Assembly: GCA_039811705.1 (NCBI GenBank)
Contig: JBDHZD010000006.1
Span: 690 to 64,689, forward strand
From: Fimbriimonadaceae bacterium
GTDB lineage: Bacteria > Armatimonadota > Fimbriimonadia > Fimbriimonadales > Fimbriimonadaceae
Reading direction: 5' to 3'
DNA: 64,000 nt
The notes below the pieces were generated by a model that was given only the letters and a program-made list of their open reading frames with translations, was not told the DNA's origin and made no database searches. The translations under genes and the position numbers were made by a program. Below are positions 1-9,514 of the stretch, one piece after another (the first letter of the stretch is position 1; every line of letters starts with the position of its first letter).

Positions 1-842
1 TCAGCGACGCAGCCAACGCCTTGCGTCTGCTCACCACCGAGAACGAACTCGAGGCCGCCATGCTGGCCTCTGCTATGGAAGAAGCCAATCAGGCGCGCCG
101 CGCAGCCCAGGAGCGCGCCATCGCCGAGGCCGCCGAGCGCATCGTCGAGCAGGGCCTGGACCAACGCAACGCCATCGTCGTTCTGGACCCGGACTGGCAC
201 GGCGGTGTGGTCGGCATCGTGGCGAGCAAGTTGGTGGAGATGTTCCGCCGCCCCGTTTTCGTCGGAACGGTCGACGAAGCGACCGGCAAGGCCAAGGCGT
301 CGGCCCGCAGCATCCCCGCGTTTCATCTGGCCGACGCCATTCACGCGTTGCACCCCCTGGTCTCGGGCGGGGGTCACGCGATGGCCGCGGGAGTCAGTTT
401 CGATCTCGACCGACTCGACGAGTTCGCCGATCGCATCCACACCTACGCCGGCGAGCGGCTTCAGCCAGAAGACTTCATGCTCCACACGCGGATCGACGCC
501 GTGGCCCAACACGGCGAACTCGACGTCGCCACCGTCGAAGCGCTTGGAGCCATGGAGCCGTGCGGCATGGGCAACCCAACGCCCGTCTTCGCCATGCAAG
601 GCGTCCGGCTGGCCGAGATCCGGACGACGAGGAACGATTCCGTCGTGCAACTCAAGTTCGACGACGGCTCGAGCCGGCCGGTGAGCGCCGTGACCTTCTC
701 TCAGGCCGAGGACTTCCTTTCGCTGAGTCCCGGGGCTTGCGTGGACGTTGCGTTCAAGCCCGAAGTCGACGCCTATTACGCCGACCGCCCGCAGGTGAAG
801 TGGACGGTGACCGACTTTCGTCTCTCCGACCAAGAATACTGA
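1..842 (+). CDS. recJ: RecJ single-stranded-DNA exonuclease, C-terminal portion (gene starts upstream of window)
   Basis: Frame open to window edge (track ORF 21..842). Motifs DPDWHGGVVGIVASKLVE, GGGHAMAAGVS and MEPCGMGNPTPVF are typical of the RecJ DHHA1/C-terminal region. Confidence 0.8.
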   Translation, partial: SDAANALRLLTTENELEAAMLASAMEEANQARRAAQERAIAEAAERIVEQGLDQRNAIVVLDPDWHGGVVGIVASKLVEMFRRPVFVGTVDEATGKAKASARSIPAFHLADAIHALHPLVSGGGHAMAAGVSFDLDRLDEFADRIHTYAGERLQPEDFMLHTRIDAVAQHGELDVATVEALGAMEPCGMGNPTPVFAMQGVRLAEIRTTRNDSVVQLKFDDGSSRPVSAVTFSQAEDFLSLSPGACVDVAFKPEVDAYYADRPQVKWTVTDFRLSDQEY

Positions 843-882
843 GAAGGAACCGCGTCCAGTCCGGCGAATCCAACCTGTTGGC

Positions 883-2205
883 ATGGCAGACCAAGAGTCC
901 TTCTCCCCCTCGCGTCGCGAGATTCTCAAGTTGACCGGCGCGGCAGCGCTCAGTACTGCGTTCGCAACCTCAGCGTCCGCATCCCGCGTCCCGCGTTCAC
1001 CGAACGAGCGCATCCGCTGGGCGATCGTGGGCTGCGGCGGCAAGGGCACCAGCAACATGGCGGACGCCGCTCGAAACGGCGACATCGTGGGCGTCTGCGA
1101 CGTGGACCTCGACATCCGCATGAAGGCCATGACCGACCATCCCCGGGCCTCGGCCTTCTCCGACTTCCGCCGGATGCTCGAAGCGTTGGAGAAGCACATC
1201 GATGCCGTCGTGGTCAGCACGCCCGACCACACGCACGCGCCCGCAGCAGCCATGGCCATGCGCATGGGCAAAGCCGTCTACTGCGAGAAGCCGCTCACCC
1301 GAACGCTCTGGGAGGCGCGAGAACTTACGAAGATCGCTCGTGCGACGCGCGTGGCCACCCAGATGGGCAACCAGGGCACCGCCTCGAACGAATTGCGCTG
1401 GGTCGCCGCCGTGGTCAAGTCGGGTGCGCTCGGCAGAGTCAAAGAAGTGCACTGTTGGACCGACCGTGCCGCTGGCTGGTGGCCGCAGGGCGTCGGGAGA
1501 CCGGAGTCCAAGATCCCGCCGCGAACGCTCGACTGGGATTGCTGGGTCGGGCCGTCACCCATGCGCCCATACGCCGATGGCTATCACCCCTTCGCTTGGC
1601 GCGGACGGTGGGATTTCGGCACCGGCTCGCTGGGCGACATGGGTTGCCACATCATCAACCTCCCGTTCATGGGCCTCGACCTGCGCGACCCGATCGCCGT
1701 CCAGGCGGAGACCTCTGGCAACAACAAGGAGACGTTCCCGACTTGGTCGCGAGTCAAGTACGAATTCGGCCAGCGCGGAAACCGAGACGCCCTCATGCTC
1801 TATTGGTACGACGGAGGGCAGAAGCCGCCCGCCGAGATCTCCAAGGGCGAGCCGATGGGCGGGAACGGCACGCTGATCGTCGCCGAGAAGGGCACGATCC
1901 ACCTTGGAGACGCCTACGGCGGCGCGCCGAAGATGGTCGGCGGCGGCGAGGTGCCGAAGGTGGACTTCGAGAAGTCGCCCGGCCACTTCCAGGAGCTTGT
2001 GGACGCGATCAACGGCGGCAAAGCGCCCCGCTCGAACATCGCGGACTACTCCGGCCCGCTCACCGAGACCGTGCTGCTGGGCAATCTGGCGATCTGGGCA
2101 GGCGGCGAGCGCGTGGTGTGGGACAGCCGACGGCTGGCCGTGGTCGGCAATAACGCCTTCGATCCCCTGATCCGACCGACCTACCGGGAAGGCTACAGCC
2201 TCTGA
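883..2205 (+). CDS. Gfo/Idh/MocA-family oxidoreductase with Tat-type signal peptide
   Basis: 440-aa ORF. N-terminus SRREILKLTGAAALSTAFATSASA (twin-Arg plus AXA), Rossmann start IRWAIVGCGGKG, and YCEKPLT (EKP motif of the family). Confidence 0.85.
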   Translation: MADQESFSPSRREILKLTGAAALSTAFATSASASRVPRSPNERIRWAIVGCGGKGTSNMADAARNGDIVGVCDVDLDIRMKAMTDHPRASAFSDFRRMLEALEKHIDAVVVSTPDHTHAPAAAMAMRMGKAVYCEKPLTRTLWEARELTKIARATRVATQMGNQGTASNELRWVAAVVKSGALGRVKEVHCWTDRAAGWWPQGVGRPESKIPPRTLDWDCWVGPSPMRPYADGYHPFAWRGRWDFGTGSLGDMGCHIINLPFMGLDLRDPIAVQAETSGNNKETFPTWSRVKYEFGQRGNRDALMLYWYDGGQKPPAEISKGEPMGGNGTLIVAEKGTIHLGDAYGGAPKMVGGGEVPKVDFEKSPGHFQELVDAINGGKAPRSNIADYSGPLTETVLLGNLAIWAGGERVVWDSRRLAVVGNNAFDPLIRPTYREGYSL

Positions 2206-2220
2206 GGCTGGGGTTTGGCT

Positions 2221-2252
2221 GGGTTCGGCTAGGGCCGCGCCCAGCCGAACCC
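2221..2252. terminator. GC-rich hairpin between convergent genes (terminator-like, no U-tract)
   Basis: GGGTTCGGCT(A)GGGC-CGC-GCCCAGCCGAACCC forms a 14-bp stem with one bulge. It sits between the stop of 883..2205 (+) and the stop of 2285..2893 (-). Confidence 0.4.
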
Positions 2253-2284
2253 ACCTGCAGGTCGCAGGGCGGACCCGTGACGAC

Positions 2285-2893
2285 CTACCTCTTCTTCTCG
2301 ATCAGCGGCTTGTCGTGTTTCTTCTGCGTCGCGACCATGAAGAGGTGATTGTCCCAGGTATCCACCACGCCGTCGAAGTTGAGGTCCGCGTCTGCCGGAA
2401 CACGGAACTTGAGGTCCGTGGCGGTGTACCAAAAATCGAAGTCCTTCTTGCGACCCATCTGGCTCATGATGTACGACTGGTCTTCCTTCGTCAGCTCGCC
2501 GTCGCGGTCCACATCGCCAAACTGAAGCTCCACCTTGGGCAAGACGAGAGCCTTGGCAGGATCGTAGTCGAAGACGACCCGCTTGTCTAGAGCGGTTCCC
2601 CACGACAAGATGACTTGATACCGACCTTTCGGAACTCGCACATCTTGCCCGGCGGTGGTTCGCAACACTTCGAAGGAAACGACGTTGCCTTCTTCCAGGT
2701 TGGTGTGAAAGTCCTCAAGGAGTTCTCCCGTCATCGTGTACGTTCGGAGCCGAATGCTGTCAGGCTCTAACGGTGGCTTCCCGTTGACCTCGAAGTAGAC
2801 GTATCCAGGCAACTTGGAGGGCTGCGCATTCGCTTGAACCTCCGAGTCAACGCCCGTCGCGAAGAGGGCCAATGCAAGGCTAAGGGTGATCAT
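2285..2893 (-). CDS. Secreted protein with C-terminal dockerin-like Ca-binding repeat pair
   Basis: Signal peptide MITLSLALALFATGVDS. Repeats GDVDRDGELTKEDQSYIM and ADLNFDGVVDTWDNHLF. A 2-nt gap to the upstream gene suggests co-transcription. Confidence 0.6.
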   Translation of the reverse strand: MITLSLALALFATGVDSEVQANAQPSKLPGYVYFEVNGKPPLEPDSIRLRTYTMTGELLEDFHTNLEEGNVVSFEVLRTTAGQDVRVPKGRYQVILSWGTALDKRVVFDYDPAKALVLPKVELQFGDVDRDGELTKEDQSYIMSQMGRKKDFDFWYTATDLKFRVPADADLNFDGVVDTWDNHLFMVATQKKHDKPLIEKKR

Positions 2894-2895
2894 GT

Positions 2896-4067
2896 TCAGT
2901 CTCCGTATTCTCCGTCGTTGGCGTCAGCGATGTCGTAGTCGTCGTGATCCACGTCGCCGTCGCGGTCCAAGTCGGCCATATAGGGGGCCACTCCGTTGCT
3001 GTCGGCAAAGTACCAGTCGTTGTCGGCGGAACTCTTGCCGTCAAAAAGGGTGATGATGTCTAGATCGTCCTGGTCCACGTCGTTGTCGTCGTCCACATCG
3101 CCGTACAGAAGAGTGAAACCGACGCCCGTCACGCCTGCCGTCGTGTACGCCACGTCCACACGCTTTCGCAGCGAGCCACGAGCTTTCAGATACACGCGAT
3201 AAGTCGCGTTGCTCAGATTGGACATGTCTACGTCCACGTTGCCGCTTCCATCCACACCCGTCGCATAGAGCAGTTGCGTGACGCCACCCGAGTTCGCCAC
3301 CTCGACATGAATCTCCTCGTTGTTCGCACCGTTGACTGTGCCGGCAATGTACTTCGTGTCAATGATTGGCGTGTTGAGCGTCCATTCCTGAGTCGCATCG
3401 GACGACGCAGTGGCCACCACCGAGTTGCCTCCCGTCGTTCCCCCGAAAGCTGCGGATGAGAACGCATCGATGGTCAAGAGAGGGACGTCCACAGTGGCTG
3501 TCCATGTGCCGTTGCCCATATCAGACCAAGTTGTTGTCGGCCGTCGTACGTACCCCTTGGCCGTACTCCATCCACCCCCGAGAAGCGGGTTCTCCTCATA
3601 GCCCCCAATGCCCGCCACGCTCGCTAGCTCCTCCAAGGTCATTTCACGGGTCACCTTGGCTATCGCCTGAGCCGAGGCTCCAGTTGCGCTGGTCGAGGCA
3701 ATGGCGACCACTTTGCCACGGCGGGTGTAGTCCAACTTGACTTTGCCTGCCGGTGGCGTCCCAGTGCAAGTCAGTGTGTATCGGATCACGGGCACCAAGC
3801 ACAGAGTCTTGTCGTTGACGATTCCCGTTGTCGCTTTCGACTTCGAAGCGCTGGACGAGACGCTCAAAGTGATTGTGGCACCGGAAACCGAGTGCTGGAA
3901 CTGGGCGGGATAGCCGGATGTGTAGACCGTGCTGTTACGCTTAACGGTGGCTGAAATCAGGCTAGGCGACGAAGCGGACACTTGAGCCCATGCCCCCCCC
4001 CCCCGAAAAATGGCAGGGCAAGAGACGGGATGAATGCCAAGGCTCTTAGCGGATGCACGAATCTCAC
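2896..4067 (-). CDS. Secreted dockerin-like protein, with its signal-peptide exon-like leader out of frame because of a G12 tract (tracked ORF is 2896..3981 only)
   Basis: The body ORF 2896..3981 has no RBS or signal peptide and ends in GDVDDDNDVDQDDLDII / ADLDRDGDVDHDDYDIA. Upstream, AAGGAG-N7-GTG (4067) encodes MRFVHPLRALAFIPSLALPFFGGGG and then runs into G12 (3993..4004). With 13 or 10 G the frames fuse to give ...FFGGGGAWA|QVSASSPS, an AXA signal-peptidase site. Confidence 0.6.
3993..4004 (-). repeat. Homopolymeric tract: C12 on plus strand, G12 on the coding strand
   Basis: Counted directly: 8 C in 3993-4000 plus 4 C in 4001-4004. It is the only long homopolymer I noticed in the window. 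Confidence 0.95.
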
Positions 4068-4081
4068 AATCTTTCTCCTTT

Positions 4082-4106
4082 GCGCATATGCGCTGATCCC
4101 ATTATA
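4082..4106 (-). promoter_or_regulatory. Putative -10 box (TATAAT) and 12-bp perfect palindrome GCGCATATGCGC upstream of the dockerin-like gene
   Basis: The minus strand reads TATAAT (4106..4101), then GGGATCA, GCGCATATGCGC (4093..4082), AAAGGAGAAAGATT and GTG. No convincing -35. Confidence 0.35.
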
Positions 4107-4198
4107 GTCGCGATGTTCCCAAACCGCACGGCGTTTTTCACTTTTTCTGGCACAGGGCCAGACCTTGGCGGCGCGAGAACTCGGTCAACCAGCCCGCG

Positions 4199-4543
4199 CT
4201 ACTTCGGAGTAAAGCTCGTCCCGCACCCGCAACCACGGGCGGCGTTCGGGTTCTCAAACTTGAACCCGCCGCCGATCAGGTTGCCGGTGTAATCCAGCGT
4301 CGAACCCTCAAGGAACCGGGCCGACTTCGGGTCGCAGAGAAACACGATGCCGTCGGCGACGAGGCGCAGGTCGGTGTCGCGAGCCTTGGTTTCCAGGGCC
4401 GTGACGTACTCCAGCCCAGAGCAACCGCCACCCTTGACGCCGAGTCGCACCATGGTGCCGGGGGGCTGCTTCTCCAGCAACCGCTTCATGCGGGCCAGTG
4501 CCGCCTCGGTGAGCGTGATCGGGAAAGCCATGCTACGTCCCAC
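4199..4543 (-). CDS. sufA: A-type Fe-S cluster carrier (HesB/IscA/SufA family)
   Basis: 114 aa with GVKGGGCSGLEY and C-terminal GCGCGTSF, the three conserved Cys of A-type carriers. Confidence 0.9.
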   Translation of the reverse strand: MGRSMAFPITLTEAALARMKRLLEKQPPGTMVRLGVKGGGCSGLEYVTALETKARDTDLRLVADGIVFLCDPKSARFLEGSTLDYTGNLIGGGFKFENPNAARGCGCGTSFTPK

Positions 4544-5009
4544 TCGCCACGGGGATCGAGAGCAACGATCCGTTCCGGGGTTTGTACAGATCGGCTTCCT
4601 TGTTGGCCTTTTCGATCAAGTCGGCCAAGGTGATGTGGGAAACGACTTGATCGACGGCCGACTGCACTTCGGTCCAGAGGCTCTTCACTGCGCACGAACC
4701 CGAATGCGCGCACGTCGAAAGCAAGCCCGAGTGGCGTTCGCAGAACTCCTCGTCGTACAACCGACCGCCCAACGCGGCCAGCACCTCGCCGACGATGATC
4801 TTCTCGGGTGCGCGGGCCAGCCGGTATCCACCGATATGACCCCGGGTCGAATTGAGAAACTTCTCCTTGCGAAGGATGCTCAGCAGTTTGGCCGTATGGT
4901 GCTCGGAGAGCCCCTCGTCGCGGCTGATTTCGGGAATCGTCGCCGACCCCTTGAGCCCGATCTGGATCAGGCATCGAAGGCCGTACTCTTCTTGGGCGCT
5001 GAACTTCAT
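4533..5009 (-). CDS. Rrf2-family transcriptional regulator with an Fe-S-type Cys triad
   Basis: MKFSAQEEYGLRCLIQIG winged-helix N-terminus. FCERHSGLLSTCAHSGSCAV has three spaced Cys, as in IscR-type Rrf2 proteins. Overlaps sufA by 11 nt. Confidence 0.9.
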   Translation of the reverse strand: MKFSAQEEYGLRCLIQIGLKGSATIPEISRDEGLSEHHTAKLLSILRKEKFLNSTRGHIGGYRLARAPEKIIVGEVLAALGGRLYDEEFCERHSGLLSTCAHSGSCAVKSLWTEVQSAVDQVVSHITLADLIEKANKEADLYKPRNGSLLSIPVASGT

Positions 5010-5329
5010 TACAGTAGTCCTAGTTCCAGTTTTACTTCATCCGGGATTCGGTCGATAGTAAACGGTGGGTCCCATGTCAGTTCGACTTCGACATCCGACA
5101 CCCCTGCCATCGTGCGAACCGCCTCTTCGACCTGGCCCGGCAGGATCTCTGCCACAGGGCACGCGGGCGAGGTCAGGGTCATCAGGACCTTCGCCTTTCG
5201 CTCGTCGTCGACCGACACATCGTAGATGAGACCGAGATCGTACACGTTGACCGGCAGTTCTGGGTCGTAGACCGTTCGGATCGCCTCGATGACCTCGCTT
5301 TCCAAGATCGACTTCTCGATGCTGGTCAC
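5009..5329 (-). CDS. sufT: DUF59/SufT-type Fe-S assembly protein
   Basis: I trimmed the tracked 211-aa ORF to GTG 5329, which forms a GTGA overlap with the sufU stop. Sequence includes VYDPELPVNVYDLGLIY and TLTSPACPVAE. Confidence 0.8.
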   Translation of the reverse strand: MTSIEKSILESEVIEAIRTVYDPELPVNVYDLGLIYDVSVDDERKAKVLMTLTSPACPVAEILPGQVEEAVRTMAGVSDVEVELTWDPPFTIDRIPDEVKLELGLL

Positions 5330-5754
5330 TTCCCCGCCACCTCGATGGCCTCTTTGAGCGTGTGCCAGGCCAGCGTGGCGCACTTGACGCGAGCCGGAAA
5401 CTCGCGCACGCCGCAGATCGCCGCCACTTCGCCCAGCATGGCCTCGTCGGGCTCGGCGGCACCCATGGCCGCATCGTGGACGTGCTTGAACAGAGCCAAC
5501 GCTTCGGCGACCGTCTTGCCCGCGACGGCTTCGGCCATCAGCGAGGCGGAGGCCGTCGAGATCGCACAGCCACTCCCCACGAACCGGATGTCCGCGATGC
5601 GGTCGTCCTCGGTTCGCACGAACACGGTCACCGAGTCGCCGCAAAGGGGGTTGGTGCCCTCCGCCGAGGCGTAGTTCTCGCCCGGCTGCCCGTACCTGCG
5701 GGGCCGCCGGTTGTGATCCAAGATCACGTCTTGATACAGTTCGCTCAGACTCAT
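5326..5754 (-). CDS. sufU: SufU (IscU-like) sulfur-transfer/scaffold protein
   Basis: MSLSELYQDVILDHNRRPRRYG, NPLCGDSVTV, GSGCAISTASASLM. Start ATG 5754 forms an ATGA overlap with the sufS stop. Confidence 0.9.
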   Translation of the reverse strand: MSLSELYQDVILDHNRRPRRYGQPGENYASAEGTNPLCGDSVTVFVRTEDDRIADIRFVGSGCAISTASASLMAEAVAGKTVAEALALFKHVHDAAMGAAEPDEAMLGEVAAICGVREFPARVKCATLAWHTLKEAIEVAGK

Positions 5755-6950
5755 GAGAATAGCCTCTGCGCCGCCTGGACGCCTTCGATCAACGCCTCCA
5801 CATCGGCCATTGTATTGTATAGGCCGAACGAAGCGCGGGCCGAACCAGGAACGCCATACCGATGCCACAGCGGTTGGCAGCAATGGTGTCCGGCCCGGAT
5901 GGCCACGCCCTGCTGGTCGAGCACCGTCGCCAGGTCGTGCGGATGCACTCCGGCCACGTTGAACGACACGATGCCCGACTGAACGTCTTCCGGCCCGTAG
6001 ACGGTCACGCCCTCAAGGCGCAGCAACCGGCCTCTGGCTTCTACGGCCAGCGCCTTCTCGTGCGCCTCGATTCTGTCCAGACCGGTTTCCTCCAGAAAAT
6101 CGAGGGCTCGCGCCAAACCCACGGCGCCTGCGATGTTTGGTGTTCCCGCCTCGAACCGCCCAGGTGGAAGCTTGTACGTGGTGCCCTCGAACGAAACCTT
6201 GGCGATCATGTCGCCGCCACCCTGATACGGCGGCATCTTGGGCAGCACATCGTTCCGCCCGACCAGCACGCCGATCCCCGTCGGTCCATACGTCTTGTGC
6301 CCAGAGAACACGAAGAAATCGGGATCGAGTTCGGCGAGATCCACCTTGCGCCCAGGGACGGACTGCGCGCCATCCACCAGCACCATCGCGCCGACCTGGC
6401 GCGCACGACACACGATCTCTTCGACGGGATTCAACGTTCCGAGCGCGTTGGAGACGTGGGCAACGGCCACCAGCCGTGTTCTGGGCCCGAGCATGGCGCC
6501 AAAGGCGTCCAAATCCAAGCGACCCTCGTCCGTCACGGGAACGACCCGCACCACGGCACCGGACCGTTGCGCGGCCAGTTGCCACGGCACGATGTTGGCG
6601 TGGTGCTCCATCTCGGTGAGCACGATCTCGTCGCCCTCGCGCCAGCCGCCCGGGAACGAGTGCGCGACAAGATTGATCGCCTCGGTCGCGCCGCGCACAA
6701 AGACGACCTCGCGCGGCGAGGCATTGAGGAATGCCGCGATCCGCGCCCGTGCGCCTTCGTAAGCGTCGGTGGCTTCGACGCTGAGGGCGTACGCGCCCCG
6801 GTGGATGTTGGCGTACCGCTCCGAGTAGAACTCGCGCTCGGCTTCCAGCACCATACGGGGCTTTTGTGCGCTCGCGGCGGTGTCGAGGAAGTGCAGTTCG
6901 GGCCGCGCGGCCAGCAGTGGAAACGCGTCGCGAAGGCCCAAGTCGCTCAT
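5751..6950 (-). CDS. sufS: Cysteine desulfurase SufS (class V aminotransferase)
   Basis: SGHKTYGPTGIGVL (PLP-Lys region) and RAGHHCCQPL (active-site Cys loop). Start ATG 6950 forms an ATGA overlap with the upstream ORF stop. Confidence 0.9.
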   Translation of the reverse strand: MSDLGLRDAFPLLAARPELHFLDTAASAQKPRMVLEAEREFYSERYANIHRGAYALSVEATDAYEGARARIAAFLNASPREVVFVRGATEAINLVAHSFPGGWREGDEIVLTEMEHHANIVPWQLAAQRSGAVVRVVPVTDEGRLDLDAFGAMLGPRTRLVAVAHVSNALGTLNPVEEIVCRARQVGAMVLVDGAQSVPGRKVDLAELDPDFFVFSGHKTYGPTGIGVLVGRNDVLPKMPPYQGGGDMIAKVSFEGTTYKLPPGRFEAGTPNIAGAVGLARALDFLEETGLDRIEAHEKALAVEARGRLLRLEGVTVYGPEDVQSGIVSFNVAGVHPHDLATVLDQQGVAIRAGHHCCQPLWHRYGVPGSARASFGLYNTMADVEALIEGVQAAQRLFS

Positions 6951-7405
6951 GGATGCGCCTCGCGCTGCACGCACCACTGGAACAGGCGAAGCCATTCCTC
7001 GCGCTGCCTTTGGAGGAGCGTACCGGGGTCCGAGCCCCGCTCTACCGCGTCCACGAATCGCGCTGGATCATAGCCACCCCAACTCGCGAAGGCCGGATGC
7101 GAACCAACCTGCCGCAGCCAGTACTTGCTGTTCCAGAAATCGCCTTCGCGCCGGTGCAAGATGGCGTGCCACATCGAACCCGTTGGGCTGGGGTCCGCCT
7201 GACAGATGGTGTGGCTGCGGTCCAAGTCGTCCGCATAGAGCCAGAGCCCAGCGGTCAGAGCGGGCGGAAGGTGGCCGCAAGCCTCGACGAGGGAAGCGAG
7301 CGCCGGGTTGGGCGTGGGCCGGACCAACTCGGGCATCGCGACGTCGAGCGGAACCGCTTCAAAGATCGGCCCGATCCACGGCGCGAGGCGGTCGGGAAGG
7401 TCCAT
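6947..7405 (-). CDS. Hypothetical 152-aa protein embedded in the suf operon
   Basis: I trimmed the tracked ORF to ATG 7405, which follows AGGAA 11 nt after the sufD stop. Trp/His-rich sequence (SMWHAILHRREGDFWNSKYWLRQVGSHPAF). I recognise no family. Confidence 0.6.
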   Translation of the reverse strand: MDLPDRLAPWIGPIFEAVPLDVAMPELVRPTPNPALASLVEACGHLPPALTAGLWLYADDLDRSHTICQADPSPTGSMWHAILHRREGDFWNSKYWLRQVGSHPAFASWGGYDPARFVDAVERGSDPGTLLQRQREEWLRLFQWCVQREAHP

Positions 7406-7416
7406 GCGCGTTCCTG

Positions 7417-8697
7417 CTAGACGGGAAAGCCTCCGCCGAGCTTCTCGTACAGGGCGCGCTCCACTTGGTCCCTCACCTGCTCGTGAGTGATGTGGTCCAG
7501 CACTTCGCTCGCGAACGCGTACGTGAGCAGACTGCGCGCCACGTCGAACGGGATGCCGCGCGCCCGGAGATAGAACAAGGCCTCCTCTTCCAACTGGCCG
7601 ACCGTCGCCCCGTGCGTGCACTTCACGTCGTCGGCGTAGATCTCCAACTGCGGCTTGGTGTCGATGGTCGCGGTGGGAGAAAGCAGGAGCGCTTGGTTCG
7701 TCTGCTTGGCGTCGGTCTTTTGGGCGTCCTGATGGACGAAGATCTTGCCGTTGAACACGCCGCTGGCCCTATCGCCGAGGATGCCCTTGTAGACCTCGAA
7801 GCTGTTGCAGTTGGGTTGCGCGTGGTCGAGCCGCGTGTGCTGGTCGCTGACCTGCTCGCCCATGCCCACATACGCCCCATAGAGCCGAGTCTCGACGTTC
7901 TGGCCGTTCAGGTACACGTTCCAATCGTTGCGGGAAAGCTGCGCACCGAAGCTGGCGCTCACCGTGTGATACACGCTGTTCGCTTCCTGATGCCCCTCGA
8001 TGGTGGCGATGTGGAAGGCCTCGTCCGATTCCTGTTGCACCTTGACGTGCTCCAGGTGGGCGTTCTCCTCGACCTTGACTTCGAATACGGGGTTGGCGAA
8101 GTAGACGCCCTCGCCGTAGTGGCTTTCCAGGATGAACGCCTCGCTGCCCCGCTCGGCCACGACGAGCACGCGGGGATTGGTGACGTAGGGCCGGTCGGCC
8201 GCACCGTTGACGAACCGGAGGTGGATCGGCTTTTCGACCTGGGCATCCTTCGCGATGCGCACGACCACGCCATGCTCGAACACAGCGGTGTTCAGGGCGA
8301 CGAAGGGGTGCTCGGTCGGGCGGGCGTACTGGCCGAGATGCTCGCGCACGCCGGGGCAGTCGTTGGCGATGCATGCGGCGATGGGCTCGATGGTCACTCC
8401 CTCCGCGCCCTGCCAGCGCACCAGGCGACCGTTCTCGAACGTGGCGCCCGCCTCGGACTCGGTGCCGTCCCAAGGGGAGGCCGGTGCGGCCTGCGGCGCA
8501 TCAACGAACTCAAGTTCGGCCAAGTCGCGCAGGTTGGTGTACTTCCATTCCTCATGCTTGGTCGTGGGAATGCCGATGCGCAAGAACGCGGCCCGTCCCT
8601 CGTCGCGCAACCGCTGCAGCCACTCCGGTCCGCCGGGGGCGGAATCGAGCAGGCGGGCGAGCTTCGGTCCTTCGGTGGTCATCAGGTTCGCCATCAT
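7417..8697 (-). CDS. sufD: SufD Fe-S assembly protein
   Basis: EEWKYTNLRDL N-terminal motif and PQLEIYADDVKCTHGATVGQLEEEALFYLRARGI C-terminal signature. This is SufD-like rather than SufB-like. Start ATG 8697 lies 2 nt after the sufC stop. Confidence 0.9.
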   Translation of the reverse strand: MMANLMTTEGPKLARLLDSAPGGPEWLQRLRDEGRAAFLRIGIPTTKHEEWKYTNLRDLAELEFVDAPQAAPASPWDGTESEAGATFENGRLVRWQGAEGVTIEPIAACIANDCPGVREHLGQYARPTEHPFVALNTAVFEHGVVVRIAKDAQVEKPIHLRFVNGAADRPYVTNPRVLVVAERGSEAFILESHYGEGVYFANPVFEVKVEENAHLEHVKVQQESDEAFHIATIEGHQEANSVYHTVSASFGAQLSRNDWNVYLNGQNVETRLYGAYVGMGEQVSDQHTRLDHAQPNCNSFEVYKGILGDRASGVFNGKIFVHQDAQKTDAKQTNQALLLSPTATIDTKPQLEIYADDVKCTHGATVGQLEEEALFYLRARGIPFDVARSLLTYAFASEVLDHITHEQVRDQVERALYEKLGGGFPV

Positions 8698-8699
8698 GC

Positions 8700-9458
<759 letters not shown>

Positions 9459-9514
9459 GGTGAACGTTTGGATTCTACGGGAGCCCCGCGAGATCGTCTG
9501 CGCCTGGTCCCGAG

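Noticed and set aside
4140-4170. Hairpin CTGGC-N5-GCCAG with adjacent T/A runs downstream of sufA, considered as a terminator
   Set aside because: On the minus (coding) strand the hairpin is followed by an A-run rather than a U-run. The stem is only 5 bp.
5330-5644. N-terminal 105-aa extension of the tracked SufT ORF, and similar extensions at 5755-5883, 6951-6995, 7406-7621, 8698-8961, 16639-17010, 20744-21277, 34073-34966 and 35224-35604
   Set aside because: The extensions overlap the preceding, well-supported genes and are Arg/Gly-rich. Internal starts give canonical 1-4 nt overlaps or RBS sequences and family-typical N-termini.
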